Assembly (NCBI GenBank): GCA_964016885.1
Contig: OZ024752.1
Span: 4,712,001 to 4,776,000 of the forward strand
DNA: 64,000 bases
Source: Eledone cirrhosa
Lineage: Eukaryota
Reading direction: 5' to 3'
The notes under the pieces were generated by a model, which saw only the letters and a program-made list of their open reading frames with translations, searched no databases and was not told where the DNA came from. The position numbers were made by a program, and so were the translations under genes. The first letter of the stretch is position 1, and each line of letters opens with the position of its first letter. Positions 39,012-49,703 of the stretch are shown piece after piece.

Positions 39012-40350
39012 TAGAACACTGGAAGGTAATATCCGTAGTGGTAGAGCACTCAGTCCATGGGACGAGTTTGGTAGAAGTAGTAACACAACAGTTAGTTCAC
39101 CATACCGAGAACAATTGTTTCACCTTATGCGGATCTTCAGCTCGGACTGGTAATGGTTATACGGAAGAGGAAGAACAACCGTATGAACGCGTATGTGCAG
39201 AAACATTCACTTCACCCGAGCGATACAAAACCACTGGCAAAAGGTGTAAGGGAGATAACTGCGAATGTCCGGGATAAAATGTTCCAGTTGATTAGAAAAT
39301 TAGAATGTTGTTGTTATTCACTCCGGAGATTTGTAGTTATACAAGAGGTGTCTGCAGACATGTGGACAATGTGAGAAGATTTCATTTCTTGAATTTAGGC
39401 AATCGCTATTGCTTAATCTTCTTAGAATATTTATCCTTTCTTCAATACAGTCCACAAGACAGATTTCCCCTTGCATATGTCTTCGACTTAGTGATAGCTT
39501 TCCATTGAATGGAGTAGTCTATACCTGACTCTTTGAGGGACCATACGTGGTTTGCGAGTTTCGTGGACAACCGTTTGTCTGGGTATCTAAAGGTTGACTG
39601 GTGGTTCAGGAAGCATTCCTTAAATCGGCCCTCTGCCATACCCACATAGGATTTGACCTCTTGTGGTTGATTTGGTCGGTTGGAAGTGACCACAGCTTAA
39701 TAAACTACAGCGGGTGTGTTGCATTGCTGTTGAAGGGGACAAGCTTCAGGCTTTCGGCAAGAGCATCCTGGTGGGGTTCCGCTCTTAGGACTGTTGGTGA
39801 TGTGGGCCTTCATATTCTTAGCGCAGGAGTACCCTAGTTTTACTCTGTGTCTGTTAAAGATCGAGCAGTATTTGTGACCTATGGGAAAGTGTCTATCTGA
39901 GAGGGCTAAACAATTTTTACCTACATTAGTTTTAACGTTGAGTGAGAAGGGAGGAGAGAACCAGATAGTTTGTCTATTGTTACGATTCTTATTGCTGTTG
40001 TTGTTAGTGGGGGAGTAAGTAATTGGTTGCAAGAAGCCGCTGTTAGCTAATGCCGTGTTATAGTAGGGAGCCGCTTTGTTAAAGATTGCCTTATTAGAGG
40101 AGAGGTTAGAGATTCTAGTACTGATATTATTTAGGAAGTTTCTAAAAACAGTAGGAGGGTGGCATGAGTCATTGTGTATGTAATTAAGTTTTTCATTTAG
40201 TTTATGGAAGAGTCTGAAGGTATGCGTGTGAAGGTCTAAATTAATGTCCAAGAAATCTACGGTAGGAGCTAGATGTCCTGTATTAAGTGCCAAAAGATCT
40301 TGATCTCGGTTTTACAGCTGATCAAGGATTTCTTTTCTTCTCTTGTTTCG
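39010..40350 (-). mobile_element. Penelope-like element (Neptune-like), 5'-truncated: RT thumb, Cys linker, GIY-YIG, terminal repeat
   Basis: VDFLDI..YIHNDSCHPP..WFSPPFS..CSCRKPEACPL..C..AVVY*..YVGMAEGRFK..NH..LANHVW. Contains in-frame stops; (TA)n on both sides. Confidence 0.88.
39099..39157 (-). ncRNA. Minimal type I hammerhead ribozyme fold in the PLE 3' repeat
   Basis: CCGAG-CUGAAGA-UCC GCAUAA GGU-GAAA-CAAUUG-UU-CUCGG with distal ACCAU/AUGGU pairing. Palindromic stem III loop, GUU triplet; stem II is weak (U-U at its base). Confidence 0.75.
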
Positions 40351-40564
40351 TCTATATATATATATATATATATATATATTAGTAAAAGGAAAAGAAAATT
40401 CTGACAAATTGTTCCCAGTGAAAAATAGTTTAATTAGGAATAAGTAAAAATTAGTAATAAGTATTGGTTAGCATTCAGTTTTAGTTTTAAGTTTTTACCA
40501 GTTGCGCATTTCTAATGCTTTTCAAAAATAATTTTGAGATAGAGCGCCCGTGATGTTTGCTCTA

Positions 40565-40603
<39 letters not shown>

Positions 40604-40621
40604 CATGTATATATATATATG

Positions 40622-40652
<31 letters not shown>

Positions 40653-40675
40653 GTATATATATATATGTATAATTA

Positions 40676-40718
<43 letters not shown>

Positions 40719-40744
40719 ATATATATATGTATATATATATATAA

Positions 40745-41078
40745 TGGAGGCACATGGCTTAGTGGTTAGAGCATTGGCCTTGCAATCGAAATGTGAGTTC
40801 AATTCTCAGACCGAGTGATGTGTTGTTTCCTTGAGCAAGACACTTTATTTCACATTGCTCCAGTTTACTCAGCTGTAGAAATGAGATAAGGACTGGGGTC
40901 CCTATCATTCCACTGCAAAGTGGTCGTGGAGGTGCCATGGCAAAAAAGCAAGCAGCACTCACTGTAAATGAGGTTGCTGTTAGGAAGGGCATCCAGCTGT
41001 AGAAATCAAGCCAGAATCAGTTCCTGTCCCACCCTTACAAACAGGAAAAAGCGGACGTAAAAATGATGATGATGATGA
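40745..41078 (+). mobile_element. SINE family A, full length
   Basis: Head ggaggcacatggcttagtgg through tail gcggacgtaaaaa(TGA)n. Confidence 0.88.
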
Positions 41079-41228
41079 TAGCTTATAAAATAGGATGAAG
41101 ACCCTTAAAAGACAGAAAAAGAAGTTGCCATCGGCAGCTTTCAAGAAATGAACCCCATATCTTCCAGGTGGTTGATAGCAACTCTTTTCCCATATTTTAA
41201 GGGTCTTCACGCTATTTTATAAGCTATC
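41077..41228. repeat. ~150-bp hairpin (inverted repeat)
   Basis: gatagcttataaaatag..tgaagacccttaaaa pairs with ttttaagggtcttca..ctattttataagctatc; inner agttgccatc/gatagcaact. Confidence 0.85.
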
Positions 41229-41261
41229 TTTATAGTATTACTGTGCTTGAGCACTTTCTTT

Positions 41262-41601
41262 ATCATCATCATCATCATTTTTACGTCCGCTTTTCCCTGC
41301 TTGCAAGGGTGGGACGGAAACTGATTCTTGCTTGATTTCTACAGCTGGATGCCCTTCCTAACACCAACCTCATTTACAGTGAGTGCTGGATGCTTTTTTG
41401 CCGTGGCACCTACACGACCACTTTGCAGTGGAATGATAGGGACCCCAGTCCCTATCATCTCATTTCTACAGCTGAGTAAACTGGAGCAATGTGAAATAAA
41501 GTGTCTTGCTCAAGGAAACAACACATCACCCGGTCTGAGAATTGAACTCACAACCTATCGATTGCAAGGCCAATGCTCTAACCACTAAGCCATGTGCCTC
41601 C
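41262..41601 (-). mobile_element. SINE family A, full length
   Basis: Near-identical to 290-622. Confidence 0.88.
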
Positions 41602-41606
41602 ACATA

Positions 41607-41738
<132 letters not shown>

Positions 41739-42097
41739 TATTTTCTTCTATTTGTTATTTTTGTCCAAGATCTCAGATTCAAACACTAGAAATGTTATAT
41801 AGGGCATGATATATTGACCCTGTGGAATAAATTTCTCGGTACATGTTACCGTATTTCTGGCTAAATATTATAAAAAAAAAAAATTTTCTGAGCAATTTTT
41901 GACTGGAAATTATCCAGTGTCCATCACCATAATCATCATCATCATCATCACCATAATCATCATCATCACCATCATCACCACCTACCATCACCATCATCAT
42001 CATCATCATCATCATCATCGTTTTTATGTCTGCTTTTCCATATTTTATTTTCCTAATTTTTCAACTAATTTTTTTCTATGCTTTTATTTACTTGCAG

Positions 42098-42409
42098 GAA
42101 AATTACCGAATCCTCGTATCCTAGAACATCCAAAGGATAGCTACGCTGCCAGAATGACACCAGTCAAATTAAACTGTCGAGCTGAAGGCGATCCAAAGCC
42201 ATTGATTACCTGGTACCGGAATGGTGTCAAAGTAATCACAACAGATGATGACTCTGACTCTAACAAAATGTTAGTTGATGGCGGAGCTTTGTTCTTTTTA
42301 CAGGTCATGCACTCCAAATCTCACAAAACTGACCTTGGAATCTACTACTGTAATGCCACAAATATACACGGAACAGCTCTTAGTCAAAATGCTACTTTAA
42401 TGTTAGCAA
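42098..42409 (+). CDS. robo: Internal coding exon of a Roundabout (Robo) family receptor, Ig domain 1
   Basis: Translation PRILEHPKD..PVKLNCRAEGDPKPLITWYRNG..KMLVDGGALFFLQVMH..DLGIYYCNATNIHGTALSQNATLMLA matches the Robo Ig1 pattern (PRIxEHP, LNCxAEGxP, GxLFFLxxxH, DxGxYxCxAxN). Pyrimidine tract plus ttgcAG acceptor at 42096-42097, GTAAGT donor at 42410. 312 bp, phase 1 at both ends. Confidence 0.92.
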
Positions 42410-42614
42410 GTAAGTAAAGATACTTTCTCAATTCTTTCATTTCTTTTATATGATGTATATTATTTTATTTCAGTAGTATAAAAAAGTGGTATTGAGCTGA
42501 GAAATTTCACCTCATCTAAATTTTACTCTCTCACTCTCTCTCTCATATATATATCTCATATATATATATATAAATATATAAACAAAGTGGCACATGGAGG
42601 CATATGGAGACATA

Positions 42615-42957
42615 TGGAGGCACATGGCTTAGTGGTTAGAGCATTGGGCTTGCAATCGAAAGGTTGTGAGTTCAATTCTCAGACCGGGTGATGTGTTATT
42701 TCCTTGAGCAAGACACTTTATTTCACATTGCTCCAGTTTACTCAGCTGTAGAAATGAGATTATAGGACTGAGGTCCCTATCATTCTACTGCAAAGTGGTC
42801 GTGGAGGTTCCACGGCAAAAAAGCACCCAGCACTCACTGTAAATGAGATTGGTGTTAGGAAAGGCATCCAGCAGTAGAAATCAAGCCAGAATCAGTTCCC
42901 GTCCCACCCTTGCAAGCAGGGAAAAGCGGACATAAAATGATGATGATGATGATGATG
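42615..42957 (+). mobile_element. SINE family A, full length, preceded by 2-3 repeats of its first 10 bp
   Basis: ggcacatggaggcatatggagacatatggaggcacatggcttagtgg.. Confidence 0.88.
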
Positions 42958-43502
42958 AAAGTAATCTTGAATATCGAATTTGAAGTCACACTTCAAATTC
43001 AATATTCGAATGTATTAGAATTCATAGAGTATTGGGAAGAATTCAATGCAAGGAAGTTGTTAAAACAGCAAAATGCCATCAAAGACATTGTCGGGTAAAA
43101 TTTACCTCAAAGGATAGAAATTGGCGACTATGAATATCGATATATATATGTACACAAAAAGCATTTTATGGCCATAACAGGCCTCGTACTGATCTTGTCA
43201 AAAACCAGGTGATAGTGTTAAGTATATCATTCAATTATGCTACAGCATGATGTGAATGAATTCCACAAAGTGTTTTGTCCAACACCAAGCCGGTGCTTCA
43301 TGATATTGGCTCTAAAAAGAGGAATTGTAAATTTAATAGGCAGGGTTTGAACTCAAAGTATAAAGAATCAGAGTAATAGTTTATTACATACACATTTTGA
43401 ACCCCCAACTCTTTAATATGATGCAAAAAAAAAAAAAAACTGTAAGAGATCTATATGGGATGGTTATTGATGTTTTCAAAATGTATCTTGACATTCTGCT
43501 AC

Positions 43503-44686
43503 CTAAGATACCTGATGAGCTGTCAGTAGGCCAAGAAAGATCTCGACATTCTACTAAGATACCTGATGAGCTGTCAGTAGGCCAAGAAAGATCTCGACAT
43601 TCTGTTATCTAAGATACCTGATGAGCTCTCAGTAGGCCAAGAAAGATCTCAACATTCTACTAAGATACCTGATGAGCTGTCAGTAGGCCAAGAAAGATCT
43701 CGACATTCTACTAAGATACCTGATGAGCTGTCAGTAGGTCAAGAAAGATCTCGACATTCTGTTATCTAAGATACTTGATGAGCTCTCAGTAGGCCAAGAA
43801 AGATCTCAACATTCTACTAAGATACCTGATGAGCTCTCAGTAGGCCAAGAAAGATCTCGACATTCTGTTATCTAAGATACCTGATGAGCTCTCAGTAGGC
43901 CAAGAAAGATCTCAACATTCTACTAAGATACCTGATGAGCTGTCAGTAGGCCAAGAAAGATCTCGACATTCTGTTATCTAAGATACCTGATGAGCTGTCA
44001 GTAGGCCAAGAAAGATCTCGACATTCTACTAAGATACCTGATGAGCTGTCAGTAGGCCAAGAAAGATCTCGACATTCTACTAAGATACCTGATGAGCTGT
44101 CAGTAGGCCAAGAAAGATCTCGACATTCTGTTATCTAAGATACCTGATGAGCTCTCAGTAGGCCAAGAAAGATCTCAACATTCTACTAAGATACCTGATG
44201 AGCTGTCAGTAGGCCAAGAAAGATCTCGACATTCTGCTACCTAAGATACCTGATGAGCTCTCAGTAGGCCAAGAAAGATCTCAACATTCTACTAAGATAC
44301 CTGATGAGCTGTCAGTAGGCCAAGAAAGATCTCGACATTCTGTTATCTAAGATACCTGATGAGCTCTCAGTAGGCCAAGAAAGATCTCAACATTCTACTA
44401 AGATACCTGATGAGCTGTCAGTAGGCCAAGAAAGATCTCGACATTCTGTTATCTAAGATACCTGATGAGCTCTCAGTAGGCCAAGAAAGATCTCAACATT
44501 CTACTAAGATACCTGATGAGCTCTCAGTAGGCCAAGAAAGATCTCGACATTCTGTTATCTAAGATACCTGATGAGCTGTCAGTAGGCCAAGAAAGATCTC
44601 GACATTCTGTTATCTAAGATACCTGATGAGCTCTCAGTAGGCCAAGAAAGATCTCAACATTCTGTTATCTAAGATACCTGATGAGC
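43503..44686 (+). repeat. 51/55-bp minisatellite, about 22 copies, expanded inside a CR1-group LINE 3' relic
   Basis: Unit ctaagatacctgatgagctgtcagtaggccaagaaagatctcgacattct(a|gttat). The flank translates to PQLFN..FKMYLDILLPKIPDE, resembling GPALFN..FKKSLDKFLQEIKDKP at ~56670-56780. Confidence 0.88.
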
Positions 44687-45682
44687 TTGCCACTGGCCAG
44701 GAAGCTCAAATGAGGACAGCAGTATCAATCCTCTTCAGGTATCAATGACCAACCAAGGAAGGATGGCTATAGAAAATATAGCGACAGTGGCAGTGTCCCT
44801 TGCATGGTGACAACACATTAGCTGGAACAGGACATTTTTGTTAGGACTTTTACACAGAAAAAAAATAATAATTAGGGATTAGATAGATTTGTTTCTTAGC
44901 AACAGAACCAATAATTCAAGAATACCCACACACAACTTAGAAGAGAAAAAAGGGGAAAAATGAGATTTGAGAAGGGTGTAAAAGTGAGGAAAAGAAAATT
45001 GAGATGAATATAAAAGATATTTAAAATTATCTGTGAATGGAATCTTATGTCATCATTGATGGCATTAATGTTTCTTCCATTACAAACAATAAAGAAATAG
45101 ATATATAAAATAAAATAAAACATAATAAACTAAAATAAAATATAAGAAACTAAAATAAAATAAAATATAAGAAAATAAAATAAAATATAAAAAAATATAA
45201 AAATGAAAATATAAAAAAATGAAATAAAAATAATTTACAAAATTATATAAATAGATAAATGAATAAATAAGAAATGATAATATGCAAAATAATAATCAAG
45301 AAGTCAGTAATAATATTGATGATGATGACGGAGGTTTAATATTAGTATAAATAATAATAAATCATGATAAAGTGAGTTGATTACATACTTGTTGTAGACA
45401 CGGCTAAGAAAGGTGAGTTAAGACTGTGGAGTCAGCAGTACAGTAGCGAACAATGTTTTAAATGAGTTGCTGACCTCAATCGAAACAGATTCGTTAATGG
45501 GAAGCATTTGTTAATGTATTTCGTTTTTGAAATTCTATCTCAGTGTGTCACAATCTGTGAAATTCTTTTGATAATCATCATTTTAAATTAACCACGATTC
45601 AAAGCTCTTACAATTAGGTTTTCTACTGCAACCACACACACACATATATGCACACATGCAATTACATACATGCATGTATGAA

Positions 45683-45724
<42 letters not shown>

Positions 45725-45756
45725 CATACATACATACATACATACACACATTTCTG

Positions 45757-45875
45757 AAGGTGTGTGGCTTAGTGGTTAGAGAATTTGATTCACACTCATG
45801 AGGTTGTGAGTTTGATTCCCGGACTGTGCAATGCACTATGTCCTTGAGCAAGACACTTTATTTCACGTTGCTCCT
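45757..45875 (+). mobile_element. CORE-type SINE 5' half
   Basis: tggcttagtggttagag..gagtttgattcc..ccttgagcaagacactttatttcac. Confidence 0.72.
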
Positions 45876-45982
45876 TCTGCCTGGATTTGCAACCGATAGT
45901 ATTAGCAATTGAAAAGAGCAATGGAAACATTGTTTCCTCAGTCTGATTTGATGAGCTCTGGGATTTTATCGATAGACTCTTG

Positions 45983-46019
<37 letters not shown>

Positions 46020-46027
46020 TACATATA

Positions 46028-46468
46028 CCTATATATATATATGCTACTGTGATTGTGTGCTTGTCTGTTATTTAATACAGCCAAAATGGCACATAATGGT
46101 AAAATACTTTGAAAGGAAGTTGCCCCTGAAACGGGAATACAAATCAAATAAAACAAGTTTCGGTAAATTAGAGTACAGGTTCCTGTGATACGGGGTTTTT
46201 CCGGGTACCTTCATAAATTGAGAGAGTAGATTGAAAAGACAGAGAGAGGGAGACAGAAAATGAAAATGGAAGAGAGAGCTATTGTTGTTGTTGAATGAAA
46301 TTATATACACATACACACATATATACATATATGGGTCTTCCAATTTTATTTTACATTATATACATGTCTGTGTATAGTTTCATAATTTAAAAATTATTTT
46401 TAACTAAACATGATTTTTAAAAAAATATTTATATGTAAATGTGATCTAACGGGTCACGGGTGGTCTAG
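46028..46468 (+). mobile_element. Non-autonomous Helitron-like element
   Basis: 3' end acgggtcacgggtggtCTAG|T; collinear with 32680-33319 and partly with 57340-57982. Confidence 0.62.
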
Positions 46469-46489
46469 TATATATATATATATATATAT

Positions 46490-46872
46490 GGCGGCACATG
46501 GCTTAGTGGTTAGAGCAATGGCCTTGCAATCAAAAGGTTGTGAGTTCAATTCTCAGACCGGGTGATGTGTTGTTTCCTTGAGCAAGACACTTTATTTCAC
46601 ATTGCTCCAGTTTACTCAGCTGTAGAAATGAGATGATAGGGACTGGGGTCCCTATCATTCCACTGCAAAGTGGTCGTGGAGGTGCCACAGCAAAAAAGCA
46701 CCCAGCACTCACTGTAAATGAGGTTGGTGTTAGGAAGGGCATCCAGCTGTAGAAATCAAGCCAGAATCAGTTCCTGTCCCACCCTTGCAAGCAGGGAAAA
46801 GCGGACGTAAATTTTTCGTCTAACCCATGCTAGCATGGAAGAACGGACGTAAAACGGTGATGATGATGATGA
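46490..46872 (+). mobile_element. SINE family A with two stacked RTE-type tails
   Basis: Tail A (..gcagggaaaagcggacgtaaa) is followed immediately by tail B (cgtctaacccatgctagcatggaagaacggacg). Confidence 0.88.
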
Positions 46873-46889
46873 TATATATATATCATACA

Positions 46890-47232
46890 CGGAGAAAACA
46901 ACCAACCCGACTTGTACACGGTAAGAAAGACATCTTTGCTGGTACACTCAATGTTCAAATACTCCAGAAAGACCATAAAATCCCTGAACTGATTGCTTCA
47001 GCAGGGGCGACCAACCATGATGTTATCTGTCTTCAGGAGCACCGGTTCATACATGAAGAGCTTGTAACAAAGGAGCAAATATTTGGCAATCGGAGGCCGA
47101 TAACCTGCTCAGCTTGGGAAACAACACGAATGCAGCAAATGGTGCAGTTGGAATGCTTATCAGCCCGCGAGCCTATGATGCACTTGCGAGTGTTGAAATG
47201 ATAACATCAAGGATAATGATAGCTACGTTTTC
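46890..47232 (+). mobile_element. LINE APE endonuclease N-terminal relic (frameshifted)
   Basis: GTLNV..DVICLQEHR..; second frame GAVGMLISP..SRIMIATF. Confidence 0.78.
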
Positions 47233-47299
47233 CCCTCTGCTCTCTCTCTCTCTCTCTCTCTCTATTTATATATATAATCCAACCTCCTTATCATGCTAC

Positions 47300-47645
47300 A
47301 TCATCATCATCATCATTTAATTTTATGTCCGCTTTTCCCTGCTTGCCAGGGTGGGACGGGAACTGATTCTGGCTTGATTTCTACAGCTGGATGCCCTTCC
47401 TAACACCAACCTCATTTACAGTGAGTGCTGGGTGCTTTTTTGCTGTGGCACCTCCACGACCACTTTGCAGTGGAATGATAGGGACCCCAGTCCCTATCAT
47501 CTCATTTCTACAGCTGAGTAAACTGGAGCAATGTGAAATAAAGTGTCTTGCTCAAGGAAACAACACATCACCCGATCTGAGAATTGAACTCACAACCTTT
47601 CGATTGCAAGGCCAATGCTCTAACCACTAAGCCATGTGCCTCCAT
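47300..47645 (-). mobile_element. SINE family A, full length
   Basis: Near-identical to 290-622. Confidence 0.88.
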
Positions 47646-48578
47646 GAAAAAGGGATAGTATAGGGTGGAGAGTGTGTTTGGCTATGTCATGGACAAGACC
47701 CCCCCCCCCCCCCCCCCCCGCCTCTCTTTGCACCGTAGTACTGGTGCTATCATTAAATGCAAAATTTCACTGATTAGTGGTTGCCATAGAAACCATGCGA
47801 CAAATAAATGAAAAGCAGGCATAAAATGATGGTACACCCACACCCACATGCACATGTGGGTGTGTGTGTCTAAGTGTACATTTACATAATTAGTGTGTCC
47901 TTATATATACATATGGCTTTGTGTGTTTATATTCATGCACTTCGTACACACACACAAGCACACATATATGTGTATATATGCATACATACATATATATATA
48001 TAGATGTGTGTGTGTATATATACATAAACACATATACATGTATATATAGTCACACACACCTATACATTTACATATCATCATCGTTATCATCCTCATCATG
48101 TTCATGTGTTCGTATGTGGCTTTGCTCTTCATTAAAAATGGTTAAGTATATTGTAGAAATGTATGATGTGGCTTTCAGACAATTACTGTTGTTGAACTTC
48201 AAAGAGCAATTCTGAAACTCTGTTATTTCAATAAATGTGTTTTAAACCCATTTAATGGATGCTGGCTTTCTATATAATTAATAACTGTTCGACAATAAAT
48301 TTCTCTATTGTGGTTGTTCATCAAATTCTTTAATGATTTGCTTTAGAATTTGTAAGGAAAAAAAAAGTGAATATTTTTATAACAATACTTATAGGTTTGT
48401 GTTAATTATTCCAATGACACTTAAGTTTTTCCTTTCTTTATTAAATTTATTACTTCCTCTAAAATTCCTCTGTGGGTCACTCAAAATCAACAATTGTTAC
48501 CAAATAAATACAGTAATAAGTGGTATGTATATATTAGTCTGGCATGAGATGAAACACTAGCATTTCATAGCTCTATAC

Positions 48579-48725
48579 TAGTGGTTCCCAAAGTGGGTTC
48601 TGTGAAAAAAGGTAGAGGAGTATATTTATATTATGCCCATATAACAGTATTAGACTTTGGTTTCCCCCCAAAAAGTTTCTGAACCTAAAAAGGGTTCTGC
48701 ATTTGAAAAAGGTTTGGAGACCCTG
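48579..48725. mobile_element. hAT MITE, same family as 30488
   Basis: tagtggttcccaaa / tttggagaccctg; TSD ctctatac/ctctattc. Confidence 0.78.
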
Positions 48726-49477
48726 CTCTATTCTGATGAACGATATTATCCCAGCAAACGTCTATTCCTGTTTGAAATGTTGGACAATACAACATAATCT
48801 GAAAGCAGCAAATTAATAGAGTTGTTAGAGTATAAGATTGTATACAGTATTTGTTTCAACTTTCATCATCATCATCATCATCGTTTAACGTCCATTTGTC
48901 CACGCTGAAGGGTCATCTACATCGAGAGACAAGTCTCTACCTTGCTCTAACAAGACTGTAAATTTGGCCAGGGTTTTTCCAGCTGGATGTCCTTCCTATC
49001 ACCAATCACAATTACAGTGTTTAAATTTGTCAAGCTCAGCTTTGATAAATAAAGCACTTGTTAATTACTAAGATGATTCTTCTTCTTTGTCTCTCTATGA
49101 CACTTTCACAATTTGCTATTCTTGACAAAATATTATCTTGGAAAAAACAGCTGAAAGAAAGTAATAATATATCACATTTGTAATCTAGCATGGCAAGTCA
49201 ATGCAAATCATATAATTCTTGTTAATCTTTAGCATGCTAGATATTTTTGTGAATGGCTTCCTTTGACACTGCATTATGTATTAAGGGCAGATTACTCTAT
49301 CGGTGCCTTATGTTGCTTAAAGCGTGTTAATGGTTAAGGAGGCATCATGTCACAGGTAGCCAACATGTACCTCATTTGACTCAACCATCATCCTACTTTA
49401 TATTGATCTAACAATTATCATAATTAGCAATAAAATAGCTACCAAATCTCAAATCACACTCTACTGCATTTAATAAT

Positions 49478-49703
49478 AGTTTCTACGTTAAGCACAAGGA
49501 TAGCAATTTGGGGGGCAGGGAAACCGATTAAATCGATTAAATTGACCCCAGTGCTTACTAGTACTTTATTTTATCGACCCCGTAAGGATGAAAGGTAAAG
49601 CTAACCTTGGCGAGATTTGAAATCAGAATGTAAAGGGCCATAATTCTATGCCATGAAGCATTTGGCCCGTTGCTTTACTGATTCTGCCAATCCTCCGCCC
49701 TTT
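49478..49703 (-). mobile_element. SINE family B
   Basis: Core tttatcgaccccgtaaggatgaaagg present. Confidence 0.78.

Noticed and set aside
40745-40815. tRNA-Cys gene (ttGCAat loop with A/B boxes)
   Set aside because: Poor cloverleaf stems; it continues into CORE and tail sequence in many copies, so it is a SINE head.
41899-42097. N-terminal extension of the Robo ORF (poly-I/poly-H)
   Set aside because: Intronic (CAT)n and polypyrimidine tract upstream of the acceptor.
43503-44686. Tandem hammerheads (ctgatgag..gaaa in every unit)
   Set aside because: I cannot form stem I or a proper stem II; the motif is explained by LINE codons P-D-E.
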